From an uncultured Centipeda sp. (GTDB lineage: Bacteria > Bacillota > Negativicutes > Selenomonadales > Selenomonadaceae): 64,000 nt of DNA. A program made the position numbers and the translations under genes. Under the pieces are notes generated by a model. The model saw nothing but the letters and a program-made list of their open reading frames with translations, did no database searches and had not been told where the DNA came from. The stretch lies in contig CAJPQT010000016.1 in the NCBI GenBank assembly GCA_905372865.1, positions 1,777 through 65,776 of the forward strand, written 5' to 3'. Below are positions 35,283 to 44,519 of this stretch, one piece after another; position 1 is the stretch's first letter, and each line of letters starts with the position of its first letter.

Positions 35283-36578
35283 GTGACAAAGACTGCATAC
35301 TCTGTTATAACTATGTTCATTATGGTAAACGAAACAGCACGAATCAACATCAACAACATTCTCGAACGCGCGATTGACATTGGGCAGCGCATGCTCGTGA
35401 CGGGCGCAGAGGTCAGCCGCGTGGAGCGGACGATCAATTTCATCTGCCGCGCCTACGGCGTACGCCATGTGGATGTGATGGTCATCACGACCAGCATTAT
35501 TGTGACACTGCGTGGTGCTGATATCGGCGTGCTCACACAGATGCGGCGTGTACCGGGGCAGAACTTCGACTTTCAGCGGCTCAAGGCCCTCAACCAGCTC
35601 TCCCGTGAGATTTGCGCCCATCCCATGACTTCCGATGAGATCAAGGAGCGCATACGAGAGATCGACACGATGGAGACGATCTCGCTCAAGGCATCTCTTT
35701 TTTACTGGGCTCTGATCGCCGCGAGTTTCTCCGCGTTCTTCGGCGGCCGGTTTGAGGACGCAGTATGTGCAGGCATTGTGGGCGTGTTCCTGCGGCTGCT
35801 GCAGTATCTTCTCGGGAAAACAAAGCTGAATCCGTATTTTGCACTTGTCCTGCTCAGCTTCGTCGGAGGGATTCTTGCAAATTCATTCATGTGGTTCGGT
35901 ATGGACATCCATCCCGCCGCCATCAATATGGGCAATATCATGCCTGTCATTCCGGGTCTCGCGCTCATGAATTCCATCCGCGATATGTTCAATCAGGAGA
36001 CGATTTCGGGGTTGCTCAAAAGCGCTGAGGCGTTTATCCTGAGCCTCCTCATCGCGACGGGGTTTGCATTCAGTGCCACAGGGACGCTCATCGCCTTTGA
36101 GACGGCGGCATGGGTCTATCTGCTGACCTCATTTGTGGGCGGGTTCTGCTTCCATCTGCTCTGGCATGGACACAGGAAGGACGCTGTTATGGGAGCGGTG
36201 GTCTGCATGGTGGCTTGGGGCTTTACGATGCTCTTTGTGGCGATGGATTGGAATGAGTTCGCGGGCTATTTTGCGGGAGCTGTCTTCGCGACGATTGCGG
36301 CGGAGGTTTTGGCACGTCTTTATAAGTGTCCCGCGACCATTTTTCTCATCATTGGTGTGATCGCAATGGTTCCGGGCGGCTCGCTCTACCGCACGATGTT
36401 CTACGCCGTCACTGCGGACTGGGGAAAGTTCGGCACGCAGGGGATCAAGACGTTCCTCTATGCCGTATCCATCGCAGCGGGGATCGTCATCGCAACGGCA
36501 ATCTGGGAGACGGTGCAGACGTGGCTGATGCGCCGCAAGAAAAAGGGGGACCGTCCTCAGCAGAACCTTGCTGTATGA
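35283..36578 (+). CDS. Threonine/serine exporter (ThrE) family protein, fused two-domain form
   Basis: The N-terminal half GQRMLVTGAEVSRVERTI is ThrE/DUF1212-like. The C-terminal half is a multi-TM ThrE_2-like region. The start is uncertain (several in-frame Met). Confidence 0.7.
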   Translation: MTKTAYSVITMFIMVNETARININNILERAIDIGQRMLVTGAEVSRVERTINFICRAYGVRHVDVMVITTSIIVTLRGADIGVLTQMRRVPGQNFDFQRLKALNQLSREICAHPMTSDEIKERIREIDTMETISLKASLFYWALIAASFSAFFGGRFEDAVCAGIVGVFLRLLQYLLGKTKLNPYFALVLLSFVGGILANSFMWFGMDIHPAAINMGNIMPVIPGLALMNSIRDMFNQETISGLLKSAEAFILSLLIATGFAFSATGTLIAFETAAWVYLLTSFVGGFCFHLLWHGHRKDAVMGAVVCMVAWGFTMLFVAMDWNEFAGYFAGAVFATIAAEVLARLYKCPATIFLIIGVIAMVPGGSLYRTMFYAVTADWGKFGTQGIKTFLYAVSIAAGIVIATAIWETVQTWLMRRKKKGDRPQQNLAV

Positions 36579-36597
36579 TGCATGAGGGAGTTGCGAA

Positions 36598-37797
36598 ATG
36601 ATGACGGAAAAGAAACCGAGCACGAGTCTTCGTCTGATTATATTCCTTGGTATGCTGACGGCAATTGCACCGCTCTCGACGGATATGTATTTGCCGGCGC
36701 TGCCCGAGGTGCAGATGGACTTCGGTGTGTCGACCTCACTTGTACAGCTGACGCTCACGATGACGACACTCGGCATGGCACTCGGCATGGCGCTCGTTGG
36801 GCCGCTCAGCGATCTCCTTGGACGACGTCGTCCGCTCTTGGTCGGGATGTTGGCCTTTGTCGGGGCAACAATTGGATGCGTCTTTGCAGAGAATATCTAC
36901 CTCTTTCTCCTGTGCCGTTTCTTGGCAGGGTTTGCCGGGGCGAGCGGCGTTGTCATCGCCCGCGCGGTGGCGCGTGATGTGTGTGAGGGGCCGGAGCTGA
37001 CACGCTTCGTTGCTGTGCTGATGATGGTGAACGGCCTTGCGCCGATCATTGCACCGATCATTGGCGGTCAGATTCTCTTCTTTGCCGAATGGCGTGTGAC
37101 CTTCGTCCTGTTGACGCTCATCGGCATTGCTCTCGCGGGGGCGACGTTCGTCTATCGGGAGACGCTGCCGCGGGAGGCGCGCAGCAGAAATATGATGGAT
37201 ACTTTGCGGAAGTTTCCGACCCTGCTGCGCGATCGTTATTTCCTAGGGCACTGTCTGCTGCAGTGTTTTACCTTTGGTGCATTTTTTTCTTATCTCTCCG
37301 GTTCTTCGTTTGTCTTTCAAAACATCTATGGTGTTTCGGCGCAGGGCTACAGCATCATCTTCGCTGTCATCGGGGCAGGACTGCTGTTTGCAGGCGTTCT
37401 GCCCGCACGCCTCGCGGGGCGCGTTCCGGATATTATGATGCTGAAATACGCTGTACTGGTTCCGCTCTTCGGGAGTATTCTGCTCCTGGCGGGCTTTGTC
37501 TTTGCCGTGCCGCTTGCGGTGATTGTCATTCTGCTGTTTCTCACGATTGTCCCGCTCTCGGTGATGGGGACGGCGAGTTTTTCGCTTGCGCTTTCGCGGC
37601 AGGGAAAAAACGCCGGCAGTGCGTCCGCGCTGATCGGCTGTTTTTCCATGCTGCTCGGCGCGTGCATGATGCCTGTGGTCGGGATTGCGGGCGATCATAC
37701 GGCAATCCCGATGGGTATCGTTATGCTTTGCGGTTACGGGCTCGGTGCACTTGTCTTCTATGGAATGATTGCATCGGATCATCCTGTGATGCGCTGA
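36598..37797 (+). CDS. MFS multidrug efflux transporter, Bcr/CflA family
   Basis: 12 predicted TM segments and LTAIAPLSTDMYLPALPEV, typical of the Bcr/CflA subfamily. Confidence 0.8.
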   Translation: MMTEKKPSTSLRLIIFLGMLTAIAPLSTDMYLPALPEVQMDFGVSTSLVQLTLTMTTLGMALGMALVGPLSDLLGRRRPLLVGMLAFVGATIGCVFAENIYLFLLCRFLAGFAGASGVVIARAVARDVCEGPELTRFVAVLMMVNGLAPIIAPIIGGQILFFAEWRVTFVLLTLIGIALAGATFVYRETLPREARSRNMMDTLRKFPTLLRDRYFLGHCLLQCFTFGAFFSYLSGSSFVFQNIYGVSAQGYSIIFAVIGAGLLFAGVLPARLAGRVPDIMMLKYAVLVPLFGSILLLAGFVFAVPLAVIVILLFLTIVPLSVMGTASFSLALSRQGKNAGSASALIGCFSMLLGACMMPVVGIAGDHTAIPMGIVMLCGYGLGALVFYGMIASDHPVMR

Positions 37798-37870
37798 TTT
37801 TCAGCTATCTTTCACCTCGTTTTTGTATACTTTGCTGAGAAAAATCGGATACCATCGGCAGGAGATGATT

Positions 37871-38551
37871 ATGATGCGCGTCCTTTTGGCGGAGGATGAT
37901 CTGCGGCTCGGAAAGCTCATCCAATATATGCTCGAACAGAATGACATTACGGTCGAGTGGGTGACGGACGGCAGTGACATCTATGCGTATGCCACATATA
38001 CAGAATACGACATTCTGATTCTGGACTGGATGATGCCGGGGGAGACGGGGGTCGAGGCGTGCGCACGTCTGCGCCGCAATGGCTATGATCGTGCGATCCT
38101 CATGCTAACCGCGCGGGACTCAGTGGAGGATCGTGTCACGGGGCTGGATGCAGGTGCGGATGACTATCTCGTTAAGCCCTTTGAGTTCTCCGAGCTCCTT
38201 GCGCGTCTGCGTGCGCTCGGTCGGCGTGCAACGCAGCGCATCCAGCACGAGGTGGATGAGATCGGCGGGTTCAAGCTGAACCGCACGGCGAATATTCTCG
38301 AGAAGAACGGCAAGATGATTCAGCTCTCGCCGCGTGAGTTCCAACTCTTTGATCTGCTTGCACAGAATATCGGCATTGTGGTGCCGCGTGACATCATCCT
38401 CGACCGTATATGGGGGCTCGAGTCAGATGTCAGCTCCAACAATATCGACTCCTATATGAAGATGCTGCGCAAGAAGCTCGATGCGGCAGGGGAGGGTGAT
38501 GCCATCAAGACGATCCGCGGTGTCGGCTACAAGTTGGAGACACCGTGTTGA
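37871..38551 (+). CDS. OmpR-family response regulator
   Basis: Receiver domain (LLAEDD, ILDWMMPG, KPF) plus a winged-helix domain (RGVGYKL). Confidence 0.9.
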   Translation: MMRVLLAEDDLRLGKLIQYMLEQNDITVEWVTDGSDIYAYATYTEYDILILDWMMPGETGVEACARLRRNGYDRAILMLTARDSVEDRVTGLDAGADDYLVKPFEFSELLARLRALGRRATQRIQHEVDEIGGFKLNRTANILEKNGKMIQLSPREFQLFDLLAQNIGIVVPRDIILDRIWGLESDVSSNNIDSYMKMLRKKLDAAGEGDAIKTIRGVGYKLETPC

Positions 38552-39852
38552 ATGAGCAGAATGTATTCGGGCGCAGCCGTCTGCGGCTTATGCTCCGCTA
38601 TGCACTTGTCATGGGAGGACTGGTTATCGTCCTCCTCTTTGCTATGCATAAGACGATGGAGTGGGCGATTACGTCCGAGCAGGCTCGTGAGCTTTTGGAA
38701 ACGGCGGACAGCGTTGCGGAGGCACAGGCGTATACTGTGCTTCATGCGGGGGCAGATACGGATGAAGCACGTCTCTATCGCAGTACAAACGATCGGCTCT
38801 TCTACTATGTATTCGATGGAGAGGGGCGTCTTGTCAGTTTCTCACGCGCATCTTTTCGTATCGAATCCTTTGTACTGGATATTATAACCGTGTGGGACGC
38901 GCCGGAGAGCGAGGTGCGCGTCTTTACCAAAACGAATGAACGCGGGGTGCCGACAAAGGTGATGATGACCTCTCAGACCGTGTTCAGCCCGCCGCTCCCG
39001 ACCCAGACTGTCTACGTCGGCAAGGATGTCACCGCCATGTATAACGGGATGGAAAAAGCAACCTCGGCGCTTGCGGTACTGGGCACCATGGCACTCGTCT
39101 GCGCTGCCGGGGTCGGCTATGTGCTCTCGGGCGGTGCGATGAAGCCTGTGCGGGAGGCGTATGAAAAACAGCGGCAATTTGCGGCTGATGCCTCACACGA
39201 GCTGCGCACACCGCTTGCCGTTGTGCTTGCATCAGCCGATCTCCTGCGCAGTGATCCCTCCATCACCTCACCATTTTTGAAGCAGGTTGTTGAGGATGTG
39301 CGCGATGAGGTGAAGAAGATGACGAAGCTCGTCGGCGATCTGCTCACCGTCGCGCGCACCGATGGAAAGGCGAATCAACTGCGGCTTGTGCGTATGGATC
39401 TTGTCTCTGCTGCGCAACAGACCGTGCGCATCATGCGGCCTTTTGCAGAGAAGAAGGATATCGTAATCGATGAGGAGATGCCCAAGCATGCGGAGATCTA
39501 TGCGGATGAGCAGAAGATCAGGCAGCTGATCCTGATCCTTGTCGACAACGCTGTCAAGTACACGCCTGAGCATGGGCGCATCTCTCTGCGTGTGGAGGAG
39601 GAAAAAGGGAGTATTCAGCTCTCTGTTTCGGATACCGGGATCGGCATTGCACCGGAACATCAAGAGCGCATCTTCGACCGTTTCTATCGGGTGGATAAGG
39701 CACGTTCGCGCCGTATGGGGGGGAACGGTCTTGGCCTCGCCATTGCACGCGAGATCGTCGAGGCACATGGGGGGCATATCGACCTTGTGAGTGAGCTTGG
39801 CAAGGGAACGATCTTCCATGTACGGCTGAAGGCGAGGACCAAGAATTCATGA
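38545..39852 (+). CDS. Sensor histidine kinase
   Basis: Two TM segments, H-box SHELRTPL, N box, and G boxes DTGIGI / GGNGLGLAI. Confidence 0.9.
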   Translation: MLNEQNVFGRSRLRLMLRYALVMGGLVIVLLFAMHKTMEWAITSEQARELLETADSVAEAQAYTVLHAGADTDEARLYRSTNDRLFYYVFDGEGRLVSFSRASFRIESFVLDIITVWDAPESEVRVFTKTNERGVPTKVMMTSQTVFSPPLPTQTVYVGKDVTAMYNGMEKATSALAVLGTMALVCAAGVGYVLSGGAMKPVREAYEKQRQFAADASHELRTPLAVVLASADLLRSDPSITSPFLKQVVEDVRDEVKKMTKLVGDLLTVARTDGKANQLRLVRMDLVSAAQQTVRIMRPFAEKKDIVIDEEMPKHAEIYADEQKIRQLILILVDNAVKYTPEHGRISLRVEEEKGSIQLSVSDTGIGIAPEHQERIFDRFYRVDKARSRRMGGNGLGLAIAREIVEAHGGHIDLVSELGKGTIFHVRLKARTKNS

Positions 39853-39856
39853 GAGG

Positions 39857-40699
39857 ATGGAAATGACAGAGAAGTTTTTTGAGCTCGATCACGTCACCCA
39901 TGTCTACCAGAGCGGAGAGAGCGAAGGACATGAGGCCCTGCGCGGCGTTACTCTATCCATCGCGGAAGGAGAGTTTGTAGCCGTGCTCGGAGCGAATGGC
40001 TCGGGGAAATCGACGCTCGCGCGTCATTTGAACGCACTGCTGCTGCCGACGGCGGGGACTTGCCGTGTACGTGGCTGGGATACGAAGGATGAGGAGAGGC
40101 GCTGGGATATCCGACAGGAGGTCAGCATGGTGTTCCAGAATCCGGACAACCAGCTCATCGCGGCGGTTGTGGCGGATGATGTCGCCTTTGGCCCGGAGAA
40201 CCTTGGTGTCCCGCCCGCAGAGATCCGCACACGTGTCGCAAATGCGCTAGCTCTTGTCGGTATGTCGGACTATGCGCAGGCAGCACCGCATCTGCTCTCG
40301 GGCGGTCAAAAACAGCGCATTGCGATCGCGGGCGCGATTGCCATGCAGACGCATTGTCTTGTCCTCGATGAGCCGACGGCGATGCTTGACCCGCGCGGCA
40401 GGGCGGAAGTTCTGCGTGCCGTCGAAAAACTTCACGAAGAGCAGGGCATGACGATTGTCTACATCACACACTTCATGGAGGAGGCGATCGCGGCAGACCG
40501 TATTGTATTGATGGATGCGGGGCGCATTGTCATGGATGGGACACCGCATGAAATCTTTGCACAGCCGGAGCGGGTACGGGCACTGGGACTGGACATCCCG
40601 CTTGCCGCCGACCTTGCACAGCGGCTGCGGCAGGGCGGATGGGATCTGCCGCAGGATATTGTAACGGATGAGGAGCTGCTGCATTGTCTATCGAGATAG
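39857..40699 (+). CDS. ecfA1: Energy-coupling factor (ECF) transporter ATPase
   Basis: GANGSGKST, LSGGQKQRIAIAGA, LVLDEPTAMLDP. The ECF-type C-terminus is present. Confidence 0.85.
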   Translation: MEMTEKFFELDHVTHVYQSGESEGHEALRGVTLSIAEGEFVAVLGANGSGKSTLARHLNALLLPTAGTCRVRGWDTKDEERRWDIRQEVSMVFQNPDNQLIAAVVADDVAFGPENLGVPPAEIRTRVANALALVGMSDYAQAAPHLLSGGQKQRIAIAGAIAMQTHCLVLDEPTAMLDPRGRAEVLRAVEKLHEEQGMTIVYITHFMEEAIAADRIVLMDAGRIVMDGTPHEIFAQPERVRALGLDIPLAADLAQRLRQGGWDLPQDIVTDEELLHCLSR

Positions 40700-41556
40700 A
40701 ATCGCTGTCTTACACCTATATGGAAAAAACGCCGCTTTCCCACACGGCGCTGCATGATGTCACACTGACGATTGCAGAGGGATCATTTACGGCGATTGCG
40801 GGAGAAACGGGCGCGGGAAAATCCACACTGATGCAGCTGATCGGCGGGCTTCTCGTTCCGACGGCGGGACGGGTCCTTGTGGACGGCATCCGTCTCCACG
40901 GAAAAACGAAGAAAGAGAAAGAAGCAGCTCGAACAGCGCGCTTTCGCGTCGGCATGGTCTTTCAATATCCCGAGCACCAGCTGTTCGAGGAAACGGTCTA
41001 TGAGGATATTGCCTTTGGCCCGCGCAATCAAGGGCTTTCGGATGCGGAGGTCGAGGCACGTGTCAGCGAAGCGATGGAGCTCGTCTGCCTGCCCGACGGA
41101 TATCGAGATCGCTCTCCCTTTGCGCTCTCGGGCGGGGAGCGCAGGCGCGTTGCGATCGCAGGCGTGCTTGCCCTTGCACCGCGCTACCTTGTCCTCGATG
41201 AGCCGGCAGCAGGGCTCGACCCGCGTGGGCGCGAGGCGCTGCTCGCCATGCTTACCATGCTGCATCGGGAACGCGGCGTCAGCGTTGTCCTTGTATCGCA
41301 CAGTATGGAGGACATCCTGCGCGTCGCAGATCACATGGTGATTCTTGCGGGCGGACAGGTCATCGGTGAGGGACCGCCATGTGTACTCTTTCAGCGGGAC
41401 GACCTTCTCTCGCGTGCTGCTCTTGCCGCACCGCATCTCCTCCGACTGGGGCAGAAACTGGAGGCCGCGGGGTATCCTATGGGAAGCTGCACGACAACGG
41501 AGGAAATGGCAGAAAAGATCTTGGCGATCAGAGAAATGCAAAAAACCGGATCATAG
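40684..41556 (+). CDS. ecfA2: Energy-coupling factor (ECF) transporter ATPase
   Basis: GETGAGKST, LSGGERRRVAIAGV, LVLDEPAAGLDP. TTG start overlapping ecfA1. Confidence 0.85.
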   Translation: MSIEIESLSYTYMEKTPLSHTALHDVTLTIAEGSFTAIAGETGAGKSTLMQLIGGLLVPTAGRVLVDGIRLHGKTKKEKEAARTARFRVGMVFQYPEHQLFEETVYEDIAFGPRNQGLSDAEVEARVSEAMELVCLPDGYRDRSPFALSGGERRRVAIAGVLALAPRYLVLDEPAAGLDPRGREALLAMLTMLHRERGVSVVLVSHSMEDILRVADHMVILAGGQVIGEGPPCVLFQRDDLLSRAALAAPHLLRLGQKLEAAGYPMGSCTTTEEMAEKILAIREMQKTGS

Positions 41557-41568
41557 ATCCGGTTTTTT
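41540..41568. terminator. Bidirectional intrinsic terminator between convergent genes
   Basis: AAAAAA-CCGGATC-ata-GATCCGG-TTTTTT. The ecfA2 stop codon lies in the loop. Confidence 0.75.
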
Positions 41569-41579
41569 GCATTGTAACG

Positions 41580-42791
41580 TTATTTCATGCGCATGCGCGG
41601 TGGAGTGGACCTCCTCGATGCCGCTTTCTCTGCTGCTCGATCCTTCTCACGCTCTTCCTCGAGGTAGTAAGTCGGATCGACGCCGAGCTCATGGATGAAA
41701 TGGTACAGATCATTGCCCGTCGGAACGACCTGTATGGAGGCAGCACCGTCCTTTTCCTCCGAGAGGTCGATGACACGCCGTTCATTCAGCAGTTTGCCGT
41801 TGACGTCCGCAAAGAGGATGATGATGGGGGTCGTCGTGCGGCCGAATTTACTCTCCTTTACCACGGCAAATCCGAAGGTAGTTTTCAGTACAGAGCCCTC
41901 CGGATAGAGGGCGACGTTGTTGAAGAACAGATCGAGCAGCTTCGAGTCGAACTGCCCCCTATTGATATTGTGCATGATGTTGTAGGCGATGTTCGGCATA
42001 TACGCCTTCTTGTAGGGCCGTTCACTCGTGAGTGCATCGTAGACATCAGCAATCGCTGCGATTTTCGCGAAGCGGTGTATCTCATCGCCCTTGAGTCCAC
42101 GCGGATAGCCTGTCCCGTCGATGTGTTCGTGATGCTGCCCCGCAATCGCCGCAAGAATGCTTGACTTCGGGAGACCTTTCATCTTTAAGATGCGTCGTGC
42201 GCCATCGGCAGGATGCTTCTTCATGATGTCGAACTCACTGTTGCTCAGGCTGCGGTTCTTGGTGAGGATGTCTGTGTGTACCTCGATCTTCCCGAGGTCG
42301 TGCAGCAGTCCGCCGAGCGTAATGAGAGACAGATCCTCTTTTGGCAGGTGACAGAGCATCCCCATCATCGCCGAGAGGACGGCGACGTTGACACTGTGTG
42401 CAAATGTGTAGGCGTCGTGTGTGCGGATGTCCGTAAGCTGCACAAGGTTTTCATGATTATCAAAGAGACTAAAGACAATCGAATCCGTCACCTTTTGCAG
42501 TGCAGGGATATCGAGGGTTCCGTTTTCTTCAATGGATTGGAATGTGTTGTAGACAGCGCTGATCGCATTGACACGCGTCTTCTCCTCGATCACATCCGGC
42601 GGCGGTGGAAGCTTGTGGCTTGGATCCATTGAGGTCACGGTGATCGACTGAATGCCAAGCTGTTGTAAGCGGCGAATATAGTCAATCGTGACCGGCTGTC
42701 CCTTGACGAGGTAGCTCCCCCCTGCGGTATTGAACAGACTCTGTCCAAGAACCATGCCGTCCTTTAACTTCGAGACAGGAAGTCGTAGCAT
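41580..42791 (-). CDS. HD-GYP domain protein (putative c-di-GMP phosphodiesterase)
   Basis: HDLGK and HHEHIDGTGYPRGL motifs. ATG lies after AGGGGG. Confidence 0.85.
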   Translation of the reverse strand: MLRLPVSKLKDGMVLGQSLFNTAGGSYLVKGQPVTIDYIRRLQQLGIQSITVTSMDPSHKLPPPPDVIEEKTRVNAISAVYNTFQSIEENGTLDIPALQKVTDSIVFSLFDNHENLVQLTDIRTHDAYTFAHSVNVAVLSAMMGMLCHLPKEDLSLITLGGLLHDLGKIEVHTDILTKNRSLSNSEFDIMKKHPADGARRILKMKGLPKSSILAAIAGQHHEHIDGTGYPRGLKGDEIHRFAKIAAIADVYDALTSERPYKKAYMPNIAYNIMHNINRGQFDSKLLDLFFNNVALYPEGSVLKTTFGFAVVKESKFGRTTTPIIILFADVNGKLLNERRVIDLSEEKDGAASIQVVPTGNDLYHFIHELGVDPTYYLEEEREKDRAAEKAASRRSTPPRMRMK

Positions 42792-42958
42792 CGTTTCCCC
42801 CTTTCTCCCTATAGGTATGTATCGCCGCATTCTGCATGCAAGAGCAGCTTCCCCAACCACGGTCAGATACAGTATCTACCTATGTAAATATGTATTTTTA
42901 GTTTACATGAAATACAATATTTTGTAAAGAGTAATCACTTCTTTCGGCCGCGGCCTGT

Positions 42959-44515
42959 GTGATGTATTTGCATGGAACTTTTGTTTTTGTTATACTGGGA
43001 AGAAATGTTGGGAAGAGGGCGTTACACGGAGTGTCATATAAAAGCAAAAGTAATTCATCAAATAAGAACGATCGCACGTTTATTAAATATGCAGCAGCCG
43101 TCTTTGCGGTTTCCTTTCTGTTTGTCTGCGCCATTTACTACTTTGGCGGCTACGTCATGTCCGGATCGCTGCGGGATATGAACGCATTTGCCGATCTGCC
43201 GGAAAACGATATGGGCTATGTGCTCCTCATGGGTGTCGACCGCAGAGAGGGCGATGTCGGACGCAGTGACACGCTCATGCTCGCTGCAGTCGATGAGAAA
43301 GACGGGCGGGCCGTGCTGCTGTCGATCCCTCGTGATACGCGCATCGAGGTTGGCAGCTACGGCTATGACAAGATCAACCATGCGTATGCATTCGGTGGGC
43401 ATGAGATGACACTTGCCTCGGTTGGCAAACTCGTGGGAGTTCCCGTCACGCACTACATCATGGTCGATACGTCGGCATTCGAGCGGATTGTAGATGCGGT
43501 GGGCGGCGTCGACATCAACGTGGAAAAGCGAATGTACTACGAGGATCCGTGGGACGATGACGGCGGACTCGTCATCGATCTTGCACCCGGTGAGCAGCAT
43601 ATGAATGGAGCACAGGCCATACAGTATGTGCGCTATCGTGACGGAGAAGGGGACATCGGACGCATTGCACGTCAGCAACATTTCATGCGGGCACTCTTTG
43701 CGCAGCTTCTGTCACCGCAGGTGCTTCCGCATCTTGCGGCAGTTGTCGATGAGGTTAAGAGCGCGGTCGAAACGGATCTGAGTACGCGTCAGCTGTTTAC
43801 ACTTGCGGCAAGACTTAAGGATATCGGGGGCGGCGGCGTGTCCATGCAGATGGTCGTAGGGGCTCCCGCATACCTTGGGGATGTGAGTTATTGGATTCCG
43901 GATATCATGGAAACGCGCAAAAATCTTTTTGCGGGCGTAGGGAAAGCGTTTTCGGAACGTATGCGGGAGGCAGCGGAGCGTGATGCCGATGTTTATCGTG
44001 CGGGGATCCCGGAACGTCTGCGCGTAATGGAAGGGCGGGATGAACGGGAGCTGCTCCCCTCGTCTGAGGAGCTCTTGGCAGAGGGCGACCGTGCCATCGA
44101 GGCACAGCGTGCAGAGCGCAGTGCGGCGGAGAAGAAGCAAAACGAGGGGAAAAAACCGGAGCAGAAATCATCTGAGGAGAAGGGCAATCATCGAACACTT
44201 GCGCAGAGCGGTGCAGAGGATCGTGCGGACGACATCACCGTTATGATTATCAATGCGAGCGGCATCGACGGCGCAGGGGCGGAGATCGCCGATACTCTTC
44301 GCGCAAAGGGATTCCGCATCTCGAGCGTGGAGACAGGCAGCGTCTCGGATCGACCGAAAACCGCAGTGATGACAACGGAGGCGCACGTAAATCTATTCTA
44401 CGGAATGCCGTTTCCCTGTGTCATCATGCCGGTTGACGGCGCGGGTGAGAAGCAGGCGATTGTGATCGTTGGGCGTGACTATCGCCCCGATGCCGTGCAT
44501 GGAGGTGAAGAATAG
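42959..44515 (+). CDS. LytR-CpsA-Psr (LCP) family protein with a C-terminal LytR_C domain
   Basis: TM anchor, LLMGVDRREGDVGRSDTLML, SIPRDT, and a C-terminal VMIINASG..GAGAEIAD. The exact start is uncertain. Confidence 0.8.
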   Translation: MMYLHGTFVFVILGRNVGKRALHGVSYKSKSNSSNKNDRTFIKYAAAVFAVSFLFVCAIYYFGGYVMSGSLRDMNAFADLPENDMGYVLLMGVDRREGDVGRSDTLMLAAVDEKDGRAVLLSIPRDTRIEVGSYGYDKINHAYAFGGHEMTLASVGKLVGVPVTHYIMVDTSAFERIVDAVGGVDINVEKRMYYEDPWDDDGGLVIDLAPGEQHMNGAQAIQYVRYRDGEGDIGRIARQQHFMRALFAQLLSPQVLPHLAAVVDEVKSAVETDLSTRQLFTLAARLKDIGGGGVSMQMVVGAPAYLGDVSYWIPDIMETRKNLFAGVGKAFSERMREAAERDADVYRAGIPERLRVMEGRDERELLPSSEELLAEGDRAIEAQRAERSAAEKKQNEGKKPEQKSSEEKGNHRTLAQSGAEDRADDITVMIINASGIDGAGAEIADTLRAKGFRISSVETGSVSDRPKTAVMTTEAHVNLFYGMPFPCVIMPVDGAGEKQAIVIVGRDYRPDAVHGGEE

Positions 44516-44519
44516 CGAT

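Noticed and set aside
42861-42958. AT-rich divergent intergenic region with a 7-bp inverted repeat (ATGTAAA ... TTTACAT), considered as a possible operator or riboswitch.
   Set aside because: It is too short and unstructured for a riboswitch. Small inverted repeats are expected by chance in AT-rich promoter regions, so there is not enough evidence to call a site.
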